Origin: a virus
Lineage: Duplodnaviria; Caudoviricetes
Reading direction: 5' to 3' (one strand)
IMG/VR virus record: IMGVR_UViG_3300016665_000418
Span: 1-50,654 of that record
DNA length: 50,654 nucleotides
Both the position numbers and the translations under genes were made by a program. The notes under the pieces are model-generated. The model worked only from the letters and a program-made list of their open reading frames with translations. It ran no database searches and had not been told where the DNA came from. Positions 46,663-50,654 of this stretch are shown one piece after another (position 1 is the first letter of the stretch; each line of letters starts with the position of its first letter).

Positions 46663-47011
46663 TTGTAAAGCTACTCTTGGAGGCATTCCATTGCGCTTAA
46701 GAGTGTTAACAGAGCCAGAAGAACAGCAAAAGGGATTTATGTTTGAGCCGGAACCTGATGATGGGTTCGGGCTTTTTTTCGTTTATCCGGAACCAAGAGA
46801 GTTAGGTTTCTGGATGCGGAATGTTTCATTTGATTTGGATCTTATAGCTTTAGATGAAGATATGAGAGTGCTTGGAATTCATAGGCTAATAGCAGACGAT
46901 GAAAGGACGTGTAAGATTAAGCGTCCTTGTCGTTATGTTCTTGAATTAGCTGGTGGATGGTGTAAAAGAAATGGAGTTGGTTCTGGAGATAAACTCGTAA
47001 TCAATGAGTGA
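46592..47011 (+). CDS. DUF192 family protein
   Basis: KGFMF...GLFFVY....GFWMRNV.FDLD...RYVLEL.GG; start uncertain. Confidence 0.88.
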   Translation: MARNYLWNMQTMKDIFRIWNQQSNCKATLGGIPLRLRVLTEPEEQQKGFMFEPEPDDGFGLFFVYPEPRELGFWMRNVSFDLDLIALDEDMRVLGIHRLIADDERTCKIKRPCRYVLELAGGWCKRNGVGSGDKLVINE

Positions 47012-47555
47012 TAAGACGAGCAATTATTTTAACGCCAGGAACTTTTAATCTTTGAACGGCAGCTATGTTCTTTTTGCTATCATCAAAGAATTCAATCTCT
47101 TTATATCCAAACTTTTTGGCAACATATTTGATCCATTGAGCTTTCATTTCTGGATCGCTATTTCCTAAAGCCACAACGGGAATTTCTGGGATATTATTAA
47201 TTCGGAAGAATTCTCTAGCAGGTTCTTCAGAACCACGAGCAGTAAGAATGACAGCGGCATCTGTTCCGTGTTTGTTTATTACACGCTTAAGTATTTTGGT
47301 TGTCCATCCGATAGCTTTTGGATCTACCAAACCTTGGAAATCGCTATAATCAAATTCATCTCCAGGTTCTTTTTCATAAACGGCATATTCTGCCGGGGTA
47401 AGATGCATTACTTCACCAGAAGCTTTTGTTATATGAACCTTGCTATTTGTTATAACAAGAGTATCGTCAAGATCAAAAACACGAAGTTTTTTCTCGGTTT
47501 GTAAAGTTTCTTTGATGATTTCACGGATATAAGTTTTTAATAGTTGGTTGCTCAT
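47001..47555 (-). CDS. HAD-superfamily phosphatase with LLKTYIRE leader
   Basis: VFDLDDTL, ILTAR, K, FFDDS..N (HAD motifs I-IV). Confidence 0.85.
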   Translation of the reverse strand: MSNQLLKTYIREIIKETLQTEKKLRVFDLDDTLVITNSKVHITKASGEVMHLTPAEYAVYEKEPGDEFDYSDFQGLVDPKAIGWTTKILKRVINKHGTDAAVILTARGSEEPAREFFRINNIPEIPVVALGNSDPEMKAQWIKYVAKKFGYKEIEFFDDSKKNIAAVQRLKVPGVKIIARLITH

Positions 47556-47576
47556 AATCTCATACTAATTAGCTAC

Positions 47577-48848
47577 ATGAGCACATTCCTTACCACAATG
47601 AACCCAACTCCATTTGGGTATTTTGATTCTGACCCAGCTTTCCAAAGCGATGCGGATAAGATCGTTACGTTCGTCTTAAGAAAACTTGGTGAAGACGTAT
47701 TAAGTGTTGAATTAACAAAGAAGATGATTTGGGCTTGTTTTGAAGAGGCTACTCTTTATTTCAATGCTATAATGATTGAATATCAAGCCAAATCAAATCT
47801 TGCTTATCTTCTTGGTTCTCCTACTGGTTCTATTGATCCTAATACGGGAAAATATCAACTTAATCTTGTTAACAATTACGTTCAGCCTAATCTTGAATAC
47901 CTTGTCAGACAAGCAGAACCATATGCAAGTGAAGTAGGTTATGGTCAATCCCTTCAATCCTATTCTGGTTCTATTACGTTAGAAGTTGGAAGACAAGACT
48001 ATGATCTTTATACTGAACTTAAAGATGGAAATGGCAATCTCCTATCTTCGTATATGGGAACTGGATCTCTTGATGTTCGTGGCAGAATGAAAGTATTTGA
48101 AGTATATCATTATGCTCCAATTCAATATGTGTTTAATAGCAATCTTGCATCTAACTTTATCGCTACCGGTCTACCTGTAGAAAGTTATATTCCAGATACA
48201 CGTTTCTATGTTCTTCCATTGTTTGAAGACGTATTAAGAGCAGGAATGTTAGATGCAGCATCTCGTGTAAGACGCTCTCATTATTCTTACAAACTTGCTG
48301 GAACAGCTATTCGACTATTCCCAACTCCAAATAATCTTATTCCATTCTTTAATGACAAATTATGGATAAGAGTTGGTTTCCCTCCTTCAGCTTTCCCTGG
48401 CATCATGGGAACTTACTTTAGCGGCTCATTAGAAGCGTCTGGAAGCCTCCAGAACCCTGCTACACCGTCCTCTGTGATATTCGGTGTCAACAGCCCTGCT
48501 AACCTTCCTATGGGCTTTATAAGCTATTCCTCTCTCAACCCATGGAGTAGAAACTGGATTATTCTTTATACTCTTGCTCTCTGCAAAGAACTTCTTGGTT
48601 TAATAAGAAGTAAGATGAAGAGTATTCCAATTCCTGGTGCAGAATTGCAGCTTAACGGTGAAGACCTTATTTCTCAAGGAAGAGAAGATAAGAAAGATTT
48701 GTTAACTGGCGATACGGGAATTATAACAAAACTTGATGCTCTTACTTATGATAAGCTTTCCGAGATACAAGCGAACAAAGCTGAAAATGAAATGAAATTG
48801 TTGCAGCATCTGCCAATGCCAGCGAAGTATAATTTGTTTATTGGATGA
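47577..48848 (+). CDS. Neck protein (T4 gp13-like)
   Basis: RKLG..VLSVELT; YTLALCKELLGLIRSK...IPIPGAELQLNG; start moved to ATG 47577. Confidence 0.8.
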   Translation: MSTFLTTMNPTPFGYFDSDPAFQSDADKIVTFVLRKLGEDVLSVELTKKMIWACFEEATLYFNAIMIEYQAKSNLAYLLGSPTGSIDPNTGKYQLNLVNNYVQPNLEYLVRQAEPYASEVGYGQSLQSYSGSITLEVGRQDYDLYTELKDGNGNLLSSYMGTGSLDVRGRMKVFEVYHYAPIQYVFNSNLASNFIATGLPVESYIPDTRFYVLPLFEDVLRAGMLDAASRVRRSHYSYKLAGTAIRLFPTPNNLIPFFNDKLWIRVGFPPSAFPGIMGTYFSGSLEASGSLQNPATPSSVIFGVNSPANLPMGFISYSSLNPWSRNWIILYTLALCKELLGLIRSKMKSIPIPGAELQLNGEDLISQGREDKKDLLTGDTGIITKLDALTYDKLSEIQANKAENEMKLLQHLPMPAKYNLFIG

Positions 48849-48880
48849 CCAAGAACGCCCCCTCTGATTTATTTGATAAA

Positions 48881-48909
48881 TGGAACGCTACCAATTAAAG
48901 AAGACTGTA
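48881..48909 (+). repeat. Dispersed 29-30 bp intergenic motif, copy 3
   Basis: TGGAACGCTACCAATTAAAGAAGACTGTA, 24/29 identical to copy 2. Confidence 0.75.
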
Positions 48910-48928
48910 TGAAAGAAATGAGATAGCT

Positions 48929-49669
48929 ATGAGTCGGTTGTTCATAACAAGTAGAGAGATACAGTTCATTAACGACATTACCAAAGAGGTAGTGAAAGAC
49001 GTTATTGGGCAACAAATCATCTATTACCCAATCTCTACAATGAAAACCCAGGTTCACCCAGTTTACGAAGAAGCTATAGAGAAGATATTTGAAAATCCGA
49101 TAAGATTGGACGTATTAGCAGGTCAACCTAACTGGGAAACAAAATGGAATCAGTTTGGCAATGAGCAAGTCAACAAGTTTGAGTTGTTTGTTCAAGCTCG
49201 TGATCTCTTGGACAAGGGCTATAACCTCAATGAAGGCGATTTCTTCCTTTATGGCGACCAACTATACGAATTAGTGACATTCGTGCCTATTAACAACATA
49301 TACGGTCAAGTAGAGTATACAACTGGCTATAAGTTAGAAGGTAAAGTAGCTCGCAAAGGACAATTTGACGTTAATATCTTTAAACAGATGCTTAAAGACC
49401 AAGGCGTTAAATATATGGACAGCAATGTTACAAAGGTTTGGCAACAACAGCGTGGTCTTACGGAGAACATTGAGGGAGAAACCCTTGATCGTCGTCAGAT
49501 GCGTGAAAGATTGGCAGAGGATATGGCACCTATTGCATTAGCAGAGGGCGCTCGCATTATTAACGTAGATTCCGATCCAGATCCAACACATAAACCAGAG
49601 GAAGCATCTTCTTTTGATAATAATAGCCCAACTTACGTAGAACCAGTAGATATCTATAATGAAGACTGA
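48929..49669 (+). CDS. Neck/head-closure protein (gp14-like)
   Basis: IGQQIIYY...HPVYEEA..K.F...EGDFF; synteny after the gp13-like gene. Confidence 0.65.
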   Translation: MSRLFITSREIQFINDITKEVVKDVIGQQIIYYPISTMKTQVHPVYEEAIEKIFENPIRLDVLAGQPNWETKWNQFGNEQVNKFELFVQARDLLDKGYNLNEGDFFLYGDQLYELVTFVPINNIYGQVEYTTGYKLEGKVARKGQFDVNIFKQMLKDQGVKYMDSNVTKVWQQQRGLTENIEGETLDRRQMRERLAEDMAPIALAEGARIINVDSDPDPTHKPEEASSFDNNSPTYVEPVDIYNED

Positions 49670-49680
49670 TATTTAGATAT

Positions 49681-50654
49681 ATGGCTGATGCAAAAGAGAA
49701 CGTAACACGGCAAAACATACCACAAGATCCAAGAAATCCTAAAGATCATCTTGATAGTGGTTATGAAAATCAGCCAAGTTTAGATTTTACAATACCTCCA
49801 GTTGGTATTGAAGATATAGACATTGCAATTCATCGTTTGTTTGATAAAACTATTGGTTTTAATACATTCATAATGAGTGCAAACAAAGGTCCACAAAACA
49901 TAAAAAAACCTTATGTTATCTTTGCTACCGGCGAAAGATTTGCATTGGCTAAAAGATTGAAGCCGCCACGTGATAAGAATAAGGTTCTCATTCTTCCAGC
50001 TATTTCTATCCGTAGAACTTCTATAGAGCAAACCCCAGAAGACCTTACTGGAAGAGGTATGAATCAGCATACTGGAGTTGTTACAATTAAGAGAAAGTTG
50101 TCTCCAGAGGATAGAGACTATCAAAACATTGTTAACAAACAAGGCTTAAAACATTTACAAAACGTTTTATCTGGATTGCCAACAACTACTAGACCTACTG
50201 GAGATGATGCAAATACTTTAGAAGTAATACAAGGTGGATTGTTAGAGAATAGAATATCTGCTAACAACATATATGAAATTATAACAATACCACAACCACA
50301 ATTCTTTACAGCAAAATATGAGGTAGTTTTTTGGACAAACTATACTCAACATATGACATATCTTATTCAAACTTACATGACCAGTTTTCTTCCACAGTTT
50401 AGAGGTCATAAGTTGGAAACTGATAAAGGATATTGGTTTCTAGCATATACTGAGGATACTTTCAGTAATGGGGAAAATATTGATCAATTTGAAGGCGAAG
50501 AGCGACTTATAAAATATACTTTTAATATTAATGTAAAAGGTTATTTATTAGCTGCACAAGCTCCAACAAATGCAGTTCCAGTAAGAAGATGGATAAGTTG
50601 CCCAAATATAGTATTTGATGTTGCTGTGGCGGGAGACATACAGCCCAAAGAACA
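49681..50654 (+). CDS. Tail terminator/completion protein (gp15-like), partial
   Basis: Open to the window end; IEDIDIAI..., VIFATGERFA, LILPAISIRRTSI; synteny after the neck genes. Confidence 0.65.
   Translation, partial: MADAKENVTRQNIPQDPRNPKDHLDSGYENQPSLDFTIPPVGIEDIDIAIHRLFDKTIGFNTFIMSANKGPQNIKKPYVIFATGERFALAKRLKPPRDKNKVLILPAISIRRTSIEQTPEDLTGRGMNQHTGVVTIKRKLSPEDRDYQNIVNKQGLKHLQNVLSGLPTTTRPTGDDANTLEVIQGGLLENRISANNIYEIITIPQPQFFTAKYEVVFWTNYTQHMTYLIQTYMTSFLPQFRGHKLETDKGYWFLAYTEDTFSNGENIDQFEGEERLIKYTFNINVKGYLLAAQAPTNAVPVRRWISCPNIVFDVAVAGDIQPKE

Noticed and set aside
1-50654. CRISPR array or stop-codon reassignment
   Set aside because: No regularly spaced direct repeats were seen; long genes are intact in code 11, all three stop codons are used, and no suppressor tRNA is present.

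Overview
Gene-dense, AT-rich fragment of a T4-like jumbo myophage, standard genetic code. It holds head and neck morphogenesis genes (terminase, portal, prohead protease, scaffold, major capsid, gp13/14/15-like), a replication/recombination block (primase, RuvC-like resolvase, Mre11-Rad50 fusion, DNA MTase) and a large translation toolkit. That toolkit comprises tmRNA (tag ANDSSYALAA), 7 CCA-less tRNAs, LysRS, IF1, a TrmH-family methylase and GroEL. Surface-protein genes (Flp pilin, MYXO-CTERM-like metalloprotease, Cys-rich vWA lipoprotein) suggest a myxobacterial host; this is inference. Highlights: (1) a ~700-nt ORF-free, highly structured RNA locus (GOLLD-like?) enclosing a tRNA whose anticodon is split by a structured 48-nt insert; (2) tmRNA whose 5' end contains the stop codon of the upstream gene; (3) a set of leaderless early genes that avoid A-ending codons, alongside phage tRNAs that read those codons, IF1 and an atypical initiator tRNA; (4) a three-copy 29-30 bp intergenic motif. 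All calls come from motif reading by eye; no searches were run.
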